A stretch of 38,112 nt of DNA. Source: a virus (Duplodnaviria; Caudoviricetes). The stretch's first letter is position 1. The number at the start of each line of letters is the position of its first letter. Of this stretch, positions 17,805 through 26,378 are shown piece by piece. A program made the position numbers and the translations under genes. The notes beneath the pieces were generated by a model. The model searched no databases, was not told the origin of the DNA, and saw only the letters and a program-made list of their open reading frames with translations. Location of the stretch: positions 1-38,112 of the IMG/VR virus record IMGVR_UViG_3300011339_000492. One strand, written 5' to 3'.

Positions 17805-18452
17805 TCAAGTGATGCGAGCGCGCACGCATTGCGCCCAAGCGGATCGGTTGTTGTCCAGAATCTGCATCCGGGCGTTGTAGCCGTCCAGGTTGTTCAGCGA
17901 GGTGACGGCCGCGCAGGTGGTCAACGTGGTGACCGTGGTAACCGTGGTAACCGTGGTGACGGTGCCGGACTCCACCACCACCGTGCCGCGCTGACGCTGC
18001 AAACTCTTGTCATACCCCATCGGGGCATTGAGGTAGTTCAGCATCCGCGTCAGCAGCACAATCATGGACTGCGCGGATTCGTCGGCCACGGTGTCGATCA
18101 CTTGCAGCGGGCTGGACAGTGACGATGCCGTCAGTTCGACCTCGACCGGCGCTGCCCTCAGTTCAGCATCCGTCAACGGACCAGACACGGGCACCGCGCT
18201 GGCCCGGAGTTCAGCGTCCGTCAGCGGGCCGTCAACGGGCACGGGCGTGGCGCGCAACTCGGCATCAGTCAGGCCGCCCGTCACCGCCAGCGGCGTGGAC
18301 GCCGTGATCGGCATGGGGTTGGCCGATGACAGATCAACGGCCACACCGTCCGCGCCGATGCCGATCTTGACGCGCTGATGCAGCACGCCGCCGATGTCGT
18401 CGGCTGCAACCGTTGCGCCGACGCCTGGGGTATAGCCTACGTTGTCAGCCAT
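17805..18452 (-). CDS. Repeat-containing fiber-like protein
   Basis: Three LTDAELRA repeats with 16-aa period and a VTT tandem repeat. Confidence 0.75.
   Translation of the reverse strand: MADNVGYTPGVGATVAADDIGGVLHQRVKIGIGADGVAVDLSSANPMPITASTPLAVTGGLTDAELRATPVPVDGPLTDAELRASAVPVSGPLTDAELRAAPVEVELTASSLSSPLQVIDTVADESAQSMIVLLTRMLNYLNAPMGYDKSLQRQRGTVVVESGTVTTVTTVTTVTTLTTCAAVTSLNNLDGYNARMQILDNNRSAWAQCVRARIT
17917..17963. repeat. 9-bp tandem repeat encoding (VTT)n
   Basis: Consecutive GTGGT(A/G)ACC-like units. Confidence 0.8.
18140..18275. repeat. Degenerate 48-bp tandem repeat (3 copies, LTDAELRA units)
   Basis: The protein repeat is visible; DNA copies differ mainly at synonymous sites. Boundaries approximate. 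Confidence 0.75.
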
Positions 18453-18459
18453 CGGTCAG

Positions 18460-20856
18460 TCACTCCACTTCAATCCGGGCCACGCGGCCCTTCTCGCGCA
18501 CGATGCGCTTGGGCCTGCTGATGGCAGCAATCGCCCGGTCGGCATTCTCTCGCATGACGCCTGCCATCTCGGCCATCGTTTCGCCGATGCGCGACACGGC
18601 CTGGTCAATCACTGTCACGCGCTCGCGCAGGTTCTCGACCACCTGAGCCATTTCCTCGGCTGTCTGGTTCTTGACCTCGCTGGCGGCCAGTTCCTCGCGC
18701 ACGCGGGCGAGCTTGGCATCCTGCTCTTCGAGTTGCCGGCGCTTGATGCCGTTCTCGATTTCCATTGCTTCGAGTTCAAGGCGGGTACGCTCGGGGATCT
18801 GTTCGGGCGCCGGCAAACCCGCCTGCTGCACGCCCATGTCCACGGAACCAGACACCGCGCTGGGCGCTGCGGCCTGCATCGCGCCAGCGACCTCGCCGCC
18901 GACCTTGGCCAGCGTTTCCACAGTCTTGGCCTGCGTGAGTTCGGCGTCCGCCACGGTCTTGACGACATCGGCGCGCGCCTTGGCGGCCTTGGCCTGGGCT
19001 TCCTCTGCTGCTGCTGCCAGAAACACGGCATTCGGGTCCGGTTGCTGGCCAGCCTGGGCCATCTGCGTGGCTTCCTCTTCGGTTGGCTTGGTCACGCCCA
19101 TCTGCACTAGCTGGCGGCGGAAGTGGTCGCGGATATCGCCCATGCCCTCGCCTTCGATGTTCATCAAGGCGGCGGCTTGCAGAACCTTCTGCGTCTCCGG
19201 GTCTTGCGTCAGGGCCATCATCTGCGTGAGGGTTCGCACGATAGCGCTGCGCTTGCTGCTGCTGGACGGGCCGACATCGACTGCAACGTCGAATTGCGCT
19301 TCTGTCAGGTCGTTTTCAAGTTCGAGTTCGCCTTCATCGTTGACCATCGGGCGCATGAGTTCCACGCTGTTCATCTCGCCCTGCACGCCGATAGCCTTCA
19401 TCTTGCGCTTGGGCTCGACGTAGGTCTCACGGGCCATGCCTAGCCAGATTTCACCGCTGCGCCGAACGCCCTTGGCATGATTGCTCATGTAAAGGAACGT
19501 CTGCATGTCCAGGCGCTGCTGCACCATCTCAACGGCCTTGCCGCTGACGTTGGCAACGATCTTGTCACCCTGCTCCTGGTTGCCCAGGACATCGCGCATG
19601 TCGGCTTCGGTGATCTGCAACAGGGCGGCGAGCGCGGGCGGGATCTCGGGGCTCTTGGTGTACCCGAGCGGGCCTGCGGCCTGTGCGCTGCCGTCAGGCC
19701 CCGTGATCGGGTTCAGCAGCAGGTAGGGGTAGTTCTTGAGGTTGTCCTGCTCCCACATGACCTGATGGCCAGCGACCTGCTCAGGCAGCAGGATCGGCTT
19801 CTCAACGCTGGACAGCGCGCTGATTTCGGCCAGCTTGCTGCGCTGCATGTTGCCCAGGCGCTGCGCGTCTTTCGCCAGCCTGACATGCCCGCAGCACCGC
19901 TCGATGTTGTCCACAAACCAGCGCTTGCCGTACACCACAACCACAGGGATGTTCGGGCCTGCGATGTACCCGCAGTCTTCCAGCACCTTCGCGCCGCTCA
20001 GGATGTACTTGCGCACCCGGCGCCGCTTGATCTTCTTCTGCCGCACCTCGACGCTGCCGATGGCGGCCAGTTCCGCAAGGGTTTCCTCGGTCAGTTCCTC
20101 GTCGCGGTAACGCTCTTCCTCGCCGCTGATGTCGCGGAAGATTCGCACTGTCTCGGACCTGTCCTCGACCCGGTAATACTCGGCCACGAACACGACATCG
20201 GGCGTGGCCCAGTCGAACTCGTACTGGTGGACTTCCTTGGGCCACGTGGACGGATCGTCGCCCCAGGTTTCCTTGTAGGCGTCATAGGTCATCGAGGTCA
20301 GGACAAAGCACCGCTTGGCGTCGGCCTTGTCCTGGCGCTTGGCCTGCATGTCGAACCACACCGAGGAGTCGGCGTCGTAGATCGGTTCGATCCGGATGCG
20401 CTGGCGCTCGTCCTCGTCGTCTTCCTCGTTCTCGTAAACCGTGCGCAGGCGCCAGGCCCCGATGCCGCCGCCGACAGCTTCCTCAAAGGCGTTGTCGTAT
20501 GCCTCTTCGGCGCTGGAGTCTTGCTCGTCCGCGCGGTACAGGCCGTCGCATGCGTCGGCCAGTGCGTCGTACTCTTCGCCCTCCTTGCTGACGAAGTCAA
20601 CCGTGATCCGGTTGTTCCGGTACTCGCTGACGATGCGCTGCACGGCCAGGGCGATCTTGTTGACCTCAAGCCGTGGGCGGTTCTCGAACTGCTCACCCAG
20701 CGGGCCTTCCCACTGTGCGCCGGCGATGCTGTAGAACCGGCGATCCTGCAAGCACTGAAGCCGCTCGTCACGCTGCGCGGTCTGGATGGCGTCGAACTCA
20801 GCCAGCGCCTCGGCATGGATGCGGGCGAGCCGCTCCTCAGTCGTCGGTCGGGCCAT
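18460..20856 (-). CDS. Portal protein (P22 gp1 family)
   Basis: IAGAQW, EAVGGGIGAWR, AKDAQRLGN, SGKAV and DVGPSSSSKR motifs; long C-terminal coiled-coil barrel. Confidence 0.93.
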   Translation of the reverse strand: MARPTTEERLARIHAEALAEFDAIQTAQRDERLQCLQDRRFYSIAGAQWEGPLGEQFENRPRLEVNKIALAVQRIVSEYRNNRITVDFVSKEGEEYDALADACDGLYRADEQDSSAEEAYDNAFEEAVGGGIGAWRLRTVYENEEDDEDERQRIRIEPIYDADSSVWFDMQAKRQDKADAKRCFVLTSMTYDAYKETWGDDPSTWPKEVHQYEFDWATPDVVFVAEYYRVEDRSETVRIFRDISGEEERYRDEELTEETLAELAAIGSVEVRQKKIKRRRVRKYILSGAKVLEDCGYIAGPNIPVVVVYGKRWFVDNIERCCGHVRLAKDAQRLGNMQRSKLAEISALSSVEKPILLPEQVAGHQVMWEQDNLKNYPYLLLNPITGPDGSAQAAGPLGYTKSPEIPPALAALLQITEADMRDVLGNQEQGDKIVANVSGKAVEMVQQRLDMQTFLYMSNHAKGVRRSGEIWLGMARETYVEPKRKMKAIGVQGEMNSVELMRPMVNDEGELELENDLTEAQFDVAVDVGPSSSSKRSAIVRTLTQMMALTQDPETQKVLQAAALMNIEGEGMGDIRDHFRRQLVQMGVTKPTEEEATQMAQAGQQPDPNAVFLAAAAEEAQAKAAKARADVVKTVADAELTQAKTVETLAKVGGEVAGAMQAAAPSAVSGSVDMGVQQAGLPAPEQIPERTRLELEAMEIENGIKRRQLEEQDAKLARVREELAASEVKNQTAEEMAQVVENLRERVTVIDQAVSRIGETMAEMAGVMRENADRAIAAISRPKRIVREKGRVARIEVE

Positions 20857-20888
20857 CTGGGGGTTCTCCGTCTTGCGCAGTTCGGGCG

Positions 20889-20918
20889 ATTATGCTACGG
20901 AGTGCATCATACGGGCAA
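20889..20918 (-). promoter_or_regulatory. Sigma70-like promoter upstream of the portal gene
   Basis: TTGCCC-18 nt-CATAAT in the terminase/portal gap. Confidence 0.5.
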
Positions 20919-20920
20919 GA

Positions 20921-22276
20921 TCAGCGCCGCGCGCTGACTGCGGCCCAGCGTGTGGCGGTCGGCTGAGGCACGAATGCGGCCTGTTTTGCGGCGGTCGGCG
21001 CCGTCAGGGCCGGGAAGATTGACGCCAGCGCCCAGATCAGCGCGTCGGCTCGGTTCGGGCTTGATGCTCCCGTGTAGCCGATGGTTGAAAACGCGGTCAG
21101 TTCCTCTTCCAGTTCCGGGAACAGCCCCACGTGGCGAACCTTGCCCTGCTCGTACAGGCCGCTGAACGGCTCGGCGCGCACGGCTTTGCCACGGCTGGCG
21201 GTCACGGCCTTGAACGGAGTTCGTGGGCGCGCGACGTTGATTGTCTGCTGCACCATCGCGCCTCCGTAGTTGGTTTCGGCCACGATCATGTCGGCCTGGT
21301 GGCGGTCGTAGGCGCTGGCGGCCACGCGGCCCCAGGTTCCGGGTCCAGCTTTGACGGTGCAGTCCTCAAGCACGTAGGCATTCCCGTCTGTGCCAAGCCC
21401 CACCACCATGATGCCGATAGCGTCGTTGTCGGCGTTCGCGTCGTCTCCTGCGCCTGACGGGTCAACGGCCACCACCACGCGCACCATGTCGGGTATCGCG
21501 CCGTCCATTACGCGCCATCGGTCAATGACCTCCTCGGGAAAAAGCGCGTTCGGCGTGGCGTCAGCGAATCGGCCTTCAAGGAATCGCGCCCGCATCCTGG
21601 CCGGCAGCGCCTCCAGTTGCTTGATGTACTCGGGCGAGAGGTTCTGCGCGTTGTCGGTCGGGTTGATGCTGAACGTCGCGTAGTCCTCTGGATTCGGCAA
21701 TGATCGCTTGGTGTCCAGTTCTTGCTTCTGGACGAAGCGCCGGTAAGTCCAGTGCGCTTTGCTCGGCGGGTTGCAGTCGTAATAGGCGCGCAGCTTCAGC
21801 GGCTGCGGTGGCCGTCCCTGGATCACGGACTCGGCTTTTTGCGCCAGGCGGGTCAGCACCATGTCAACGCTCGAGACCGGGATTTGTGAGCACTCGTTGA
21901 AGTAGACCGTGGAGAACTCCAGGCCCAGCAGCTTCTCGGTGCGCTCCTTATCGTCCACGCCTCCAAAGACGATCTGGCTTCCGTTCGGCAGTGTGGCGAT
22001 CAGGTCGGTTTTCTGGAGGTCGTAGGTCACGCCAGGAAACGCCACGCGCATAACCTTCGGGAACGTGTCGCCCACGATGCTGGCGCGCACATGGTTCAGC
22101 CGGAAGCGGAAGATGGCGTGACGGCTGTTCGGCGCCTTGAGCGCCCGCATGACCAAGTTGCGGGTCAGCAGGAACGTCTTGCCGCTGCGACTGCCACCGA
22201 ACAGCATGATGTGCGTGGCGTCGCCAGCGATGACCTCCTGGGCCGCCTGCTGGCGCGGAGTGAATGCGAAGGTCAC
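20921..22276 (-). CDS. terL: Terminase large subunit
   Basis: Walker A GGSRSGKT, Walker B-like VYFNE, DCNPP; nuclease motifs VAVDPS, ETNYGG and NRADAL. Confidence 0.95.
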   Translation of the reverse strand: MTFAFTPRQQAAQEVIAGDATHIMLFGGSRSGKTFLLTRNLVMRALKAPNSRHAIFRFRLNHVRASIVGDTFPKVMRVAFPGVTYDLQKTDLIATLPNGSQIVFGGVDDKERTEKLLGLEFSTVYFNECSQIPVSSVDMVLTRLAQKAESVIQGRPPQPLKLRAYYDCNPPSKAHWTYRRFVQKQELDTKRSLPNPEDYATFSINPTDNAQNLSPEYIKQLEALPARMRARFLEGRFADATPNALFPEEVIDRWRVMDGAIPDMVRVVVAVDPSGAGDDANADNDAIGIMVVGLGTDGNAYVLEDCTVKAGPGTWGRVAASAYDRHQADMIVAETNYGGAMVQQTINVARPRTPFKAVTASRGKAVRAEPFSGLYEQGKVRHVGLFPELEEELTAFSTIGYTGASSPNRADALIWALASIFPALTAPTAAKQAAFVPQPTATRWAAVSARR

Positions 22277-22701
22277 AGCTTTTCGTCAGTCGTGGCGGCC
22301 AGGATTTGAATTGGGCCGCCGTTCTGGCCGGATAACTCTAGGCCCACCTTGTCGCCATATTTCTTCGGCGCGAGTTTCGACAACAACCATTTGCGAGTAT
22401 CTACTTGCAGTTTGTGTTTCTGCACCGCCGCCCAATCTCGCTTGCCGTCTTGAATCTCGACGTCCTTATCAGAGATTTCCAGTAACTCGTTGGCCATGCG
22501 CTCGATCAGGTTCTCTCGCGCACGCGTGTACCTGTCGGCCAGCTCAGCGTCAGCGTCCAGCCATCCCATGAACGTGCTGTGCGGAACGCCTGCGGACTCG
22601 CAGGCTTTGAATGCGCTCATCCCCTGCCCCATGCCTGCAAGCACCTGATCTGCAATCCTGGCGCGTTCTGGGCTGTCCGGCTTGGTTGGTTTGCGGCTCA
22701 T
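22273..22701 (-). CDS. terS: Terminase small subunit (Sf6-like)
   Basis: N-terminal HTH, YTRARE, VDTRKWLLSKLAPKKYGDK; ATGA-coupled to terL. Confidence 0.9.
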   Translation of the reverse strand: MSRKPTKPDSPERARIADQVLAGMGQGMSAFKACESAGVPHSTFMGWLDADAELADRYTRARENLIERMANELLEISDKDVEIQDGKRDWAAVQKHKLQVDTRKWLLSKLAPKKYGDKVGLELSGQNGGPIQILAATTDEKL

Positions 22702-22733
22702 GTTTGCTCTCCTTCTGGGTCAGTTTACTGGTC

Positions 22734-22948
22734 AGGGACACCAGGGACGCAGGGACGCTGGTTTCCATATAGGCTACGTGCGCTTTCACGCGCTCGCTTG
22801 CTGACGCTTGCCTTACACGCGCTTACGGCTTTCTTACACACTCTCTCTACTTCCTTTTTTTGCTAACTAAGTGTCCCTAGTGTCCCTTGTGTCCTTTCTT
22901 GTTATAAATCAACAACTTAGAAAGGGACTCCGCAGGGACACTAGGGAC
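22734..22948. promoter_or_regulatory. Candidate replication origin: AGGGAC iterons, inverted repeat, AT-rich core with IHF consensus
   Basis: AGGGAC at 22734, 22743, 22751, 22923, 22934 and 22943; GTCCCT at 22873 and 22882; perfect 15-bp inverted repeat 22873-22887/22934-22948; AATCAACAACTTA at 22907-22919. Confidence 0.7.
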
Positions 22949-25226
22949 GGTTTCTCGTTCCCCATGTCTCCGGGGCCAGCAAATGGCGCGCGCCGTTCGA
23001 TTTCCTGCTCATTCCACCGTTGCGAGTGCGGATGATGTGGGCCGCCCGAGTGGCCTCTCCTTGCGTACAAGTGTCCCTGCCGAGTTCGGTCATGATCTCG
23101 GTCGCGGAGCGCCAGCGCCAGGCCGTTGGAGGCTCGTTCCAGCGCAGTCCGGACAGGATCAACTCCTCGATTGGGTCGATCACCTCGAACGCCTTGTTGT
23201 GTCCCTCGAGGCTCGCATGCTCGTCACCTTGCAGCACCCACGGCTCGCCGTTTCGGTACAGGTGCAGGACTTCGGACCACAGTTGCTGCATGTCAATGCC
23301 GTGGTCATAGTCGATGCTGGCGCATTCAATCGTCCAGAATCTGCGGTTACCTGTTTGGTCGTGCAGAAACTCCCGAGGGTTTACGCTGGCGAAGAATACG
23401 GTGCGCCTTGCAAACTCGGATTCCTTTCTGGCATATGCGCGCCTCAGAATATCCTTGTCGCGTGTCAGAAAAGCCTTGAGCTGGGCAATATCCGATTTCC
23501 GGAACGTTGCATCCAGTTCCCCGAGTTCGACCAGCCAGTGACTTACCACCTGTTTCACGCTGTCGCGGTCGTCAGGCCGCAGCATCATGCCGTCCTGCAC
23601 CACGCCGAGTTCCTTCGGAGCCAAGCGCTTGAACCACGCCGTCTTGCCCATGTACTGCGCGCCCTGGAACACCAGCACGCCGTGAGCGCTCACGCCGTTC
23701 GGCTGGAACGCTGCGGCCACGGCTGACAACAGCCAGCGGCGCATGAGCGTTTCCTTTACGGCTCGCACGGTTGCGTCCTGGCTTTCGCCCACTGCGCCGA
23801 TGGTGTCAAACAGGTCTTGAAGCCTGCTCTGGCCGTCCCAGGACTTGGACTCAATCCAGTTTGCCACTGGATTGTGCAGGTTCTGGTCGGCCATGAAGGT
23901 GAGGTATTCGCCCACCTGTTGCGTCGGGAACTCGATGCGCTTGCACCAGCTTGTGAGCCACGCAAGCGATGCGTTGGCCCTGTTGTCCATGCTGAAAGAG
24001 TGTCCTGGGATCAGCATTTCCTCTTCCTTGCTAATCACGTTGTAGCGCACCGTGACTTCCAGGCGGCGGCAGATCTCGGCCAGATTCTCGATGGTGGCCA
24101 GCGGCTTCTTGGCTTTGCCCGTTGTGTCTGGCAGCGGGTCGAAGATGCTGACGATCTCGCCGGTGTCGGAGTCTATGATCGTGCCGGCTGACGGCTGAGA
24201 CGGCCTGGCCTCAGCGGGTTGCGTCTCGCGCACCGTAGGCAGCGCCGCAGGCTTGGCGCGTGGATCATGCTTGCGTGGCTTCATGCCAAGCTCGGCGGCA
24301 GCGGCCTTCACCGCCTTCGTCATATCCCCGCCGTGATCGTAGTAGCGGAACAGGTCGAACGCGCCTACCAGTTGACCGCTCTCGTCGCTGCACAGAGGAT
24401 CGGATGCGTGGTGAATCCATGCCTTGCCGTCGAAGATCACCACGCCGGCCAGGCCGGTGCTCGAATGCGGAGAGAGCCAGCGCCGGCCCTGCTTGCGGTA
24501 GCCGTACTGCGCCAGCGAAGATTCGATGTCATGCGCCTGGTCATAGGCATCGATGACGCTCGGTTCTGCGGTAGCATCTGCTGGCCGGGGGCGTTTCGGA
24601 GGCTTCGCTGTCGGCTTCTGCGGCGCCCACGGGCACAGGCCCTGGAGTTGCGGCTTGAGAGCGTCCCAGTTTTTCCACAGCGCCAGAAGCCACGCGGGAG
24701 GCTCTGGAATCGCACCGTTTGGCTTGGTCAGCCAGATGTATGGCTTGCCGGTGTCGGGGTGAATGCTGGGCGGAAGAACATCCTGGCGTTGCTGCGTGTC
24801 TGCTGCGCGAATCTCAAAGACAGTCTTGCGCCGCTTGGGATCATCACGATGCGGCCATGTCAGCGAGTGGTAAGCCAGCGTGAGGCCGTCGGGCACGCGG
24901 AACATGACCCGAAAGCCTGGAGCGCGCCCCTGGATCGTCGGATGCCGTGCCAGCATGTCGTCCAGGCTCCACCCAAACTCATCGCAGATGACGCGCATGG
25001 CGTCCATGTCGTCGATGTCCAGGCTGCACAGCCTGGATGGACCCAGCGCAGCGCCGAGGTTGTCGTCAGGATTCCGGGTGAAGTAATCCCGCGCCGCCTC
25101 CGGTGTCGTCAGGCACTGATTGCCCCAGTCGTCGGATGATGGCCGTTTGGCCCTCGGCGGCAGCGGCACAATGGCCATGCCGTATTTGCGAACGTAGGTC
25201 GCAGCGAATTCTGCGGTGGTGGCCAT
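22941..25226 (-). CDS. Primase-polymerase / VirE-type helicase fusion
   Basis: N-terminal prim-pol (SLDIDD, VLPPSIHPDTGKPYIW); C-terminal P-loop GAQYMGKT, ELGEL, RRAYAR and DQTGNRRFW. Confidence 0.92.
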   Translation of the reverse strand: MATTAEFAATYVRKYGMAIVPLPPRAKRPSSDDWGNQCLTTPEAARDYFTRNPDDNLGAALGPSRLCSLDIDDMDAMRVICDEFGWSLDDMLARHPTIQGRAPGFRVMFRVPDGLTLAYHSLTWPHRDDPKRRKTVFEIRAADTQQRQDVLPPSIHPDTGKPYIWLTKPNGAIPEPPAWLLALWKNWDALKPQLQGLCPWAPQKPTAKPPKRPRPADATAEPSVIDAYDQAHDIESSLAQYGYRKQGRRWLSPHSSTGLAGVVIFDGKAWIHHASDPLCSDESGQLVGAFDLFRYYDHGGDMTKAVKAAAAELGMKPRKHDPRAKPAALPTVRETQPAEARPSQPSAGTIIDSDTGEIVSIFDPLPDTTGKAKKPLATIENLAEICRRLEVTVRYNVISKEEEMLIPGHSFSMDNRANASLAWLTSWCKRIEFPTQQVGEYLTFMADQNLHNPVANWIESKSWDGQSRLQDLFDTIGAVGESQDATVRAVKETLMRRWLLSAVAAAFQPNGVSAHGVLVFQGAQYMGKTAWFKRLAPKELGVVQDGMMLRPDDRDSVKQVVSHWLVELGELDATFRKSDIAQLKAFLTRDKDILRRAYARKESEFARRTVFFASVNPREFLHDQTGNRRFWTIECASIDYDHGIDMQQLWSEVLHLYRNGEPWVLQGDEHASLEGHNKAFEVIDPIEELILSGLRWNEPPTAWRWRSATEIMTELGRDTCTQGEATRAAHIIRTRNGGMSRKSNGARHLLAPETWGTRNRP

Positions 25227-25228
25227 TG

Positions 25229-25717
25229 TCAGACCTCTACGCGCTGCATGAGGTATTCACGATGTTCTTTGTGCGTTTGTGCGTGATGGGCAGCACACAT
25301 CCACACAACCAGCATCGGACTGTCGTACGCAACATGATGAGCCTGCGCCCTATCGTTGCCGCACACCTCACACGCAAGGCGCATGATCTTGCCGTCCCGT
25401 ACGGCATTGTTTACCGCGTGATGCGCACTTCTTCGTTCTGGATTCTTTAGCGCCCAGGCAGCTTTAGCCATCCTGCCGCTCTCAATTCCGCGCTCTGTTT
25501 TTTGATAGGCGTCCCTGGCCATTCTTCGAAGCGGAAGGCTTGACCTACTACGGTTGTAGGCCTTAATGCGCTCGGCATTTTCTTCTGCGTGTTTTCTCAC
25601 CCTGCTTCTGACACAAGTCTTGCACTTGTTCAGATGGCCATCTGCCATCTTAGGCTGAGCATAGAACTCTGAAAGGGGCAATTCTGCCCCGCATTCGCGG
25701 CATGTTTTCACTTGCAT
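25229..25717 (-). CDS. HNH-like endonuclease with N-terminal Zn finger
   Basis: CRECG...CKTC at the N-terminus; CEVCG..AHHVAYD..VVWMCAAHHAQTH at the C-terminus; more AT-rich than flanks. Confidence 0.75.
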   Translation of the reverse strand: MQVKTCRECGAELPLSEFYAQPKMADGHLNKCKTCVRSRVRKHAEENAERIKAYNRSRSSLPLRRMARDAYQKTERGIESGRMAKAAWALKNPERRSAHHAVNNAVRDGKIMRLACEVCGNDRAQAHHVAYDSPMLVVWMCAAHHAQTHKEHREYLMQRVEV

Positions 25718-25730
25718 TTCCCTTATGCAA

Positions 25731-25793
25731 ATCCCAAAAAAAAATAGGGGCGCAAGGTGGGATGCCTTGTGTTCGGTAGCTAGCCTAGCCCCA
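25731..25793 (-). ncRNA. Candidate cis-regulatory structured RNA / attenuator
   Basis: GGGGC/GCCCC closing stem, CAAGG/CCTTG hairpin, U9 tract; loop ATCCCA is complementary to downstream TGGGAT. Confidence 0.5.
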
Positions 25794-25806
25794 TGTCAAG
25801 TATGCA

Positions 25807-26172
25807 TCAAAAAGGCGGCAGATCGTCGTCCATGTCGTCAAAGTTCGTCGCCGGCTTCGGTGCAGCAGCCCGCTCCCGCTTCGCCCGCTCCGCGATAGCC
25901 TGGGCATCGCGCTGGTCTTGCGTCATGCGGGCCGGTGCCGGTGCAGGTGCAGCTGCAGGCGCCGGGACGTAGCTGGCGTCCTTCGGCTGCACGCTCAGGC
26001 TCATGTATTTCTGACCTGCCAGCTTGGTTCCGTCGCGCCCGGTCTTGATCCAGGCCGACAGCCAGTAGTCCACTCCGCCGACGTTGATGCTGCCACGGTA
26101 GTCTGGGCGTGACTCATTGCCCTGCTTGTCGTTCTTCGTCAGGATGCCGCTGTTGGAATTGTCGTAACTCAT
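25807..26172 (-). CDS. SSB-like protein
   Basis: Start MSYDNSNSG; RPDYRGSINVGGVDYWLSAW OB-like core; acidic tail DDMDDDLPPF. Confidence 0.75.
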   Translation of the reverse strand: MSYDNSNSGILTKNDKQGNESRPDYRGSINVGGVDYWLSAWIKTGRDGTKLAGQKYMSLSVQPKDASYVPAPAAAPAPAPARMTQDQRDAQAIAERAKRERAAAPKPATNFDDMDDDLPPF

Positions 26173-26378
26173 TCGATCTCCGATGGTTGTGGGCGCGGCT
26201 TGCGCCCGTGTGCGGGCCTGCGGCCCAGGTGAAACGCATGGCAAAACGGGCAGTGATACACCTGCCTGCTGCGCCCGCGTCGGCTTCCTCGCTCGGCCAC
26301 GCGCTGCGCCTGGGCGAAGCTGGCGAAGGCCACCTTACCGTCACACGCGCTGGCACGATAGTCGTCGGTTGTGGTCAC
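26169..26378 (-). CDS. Small Zn-finger protein
   Basis: CDGKVAF...YHCPFCHAFHL; GTG start at 26378 overlaps the methylase stop (alternative ATG at 26396). Confidence 0.7.
   Translation of the reverse strand: MTTTDDYRASACDGKVAFASFAQAQRVAERGSRRGRSRQVYHCPFCHAFHLGRRPAHGRKPRPQPSEIE

Noticed and set aside
21880-21910. Terminase Walker B reads VYFNE rather than hhhhDE
   Set aside because: All other ATPase and nuclease motifs are intact, so this is probably a family variant and not evidence of inactivation.
22550-22866. Short ORFs across the terS/primase intergenic region
   Set aside because: They overlap terS or the iteron region and show no protein-like features; the region is better explained as non-coding.
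25772-25785. GGCTAGCTACCGAA resembles the synthetic 10-23 DNAzyme core
   Set aside because: The match is partial and that catalyst is artificial; treated as coincidence within the candidate RNA element.
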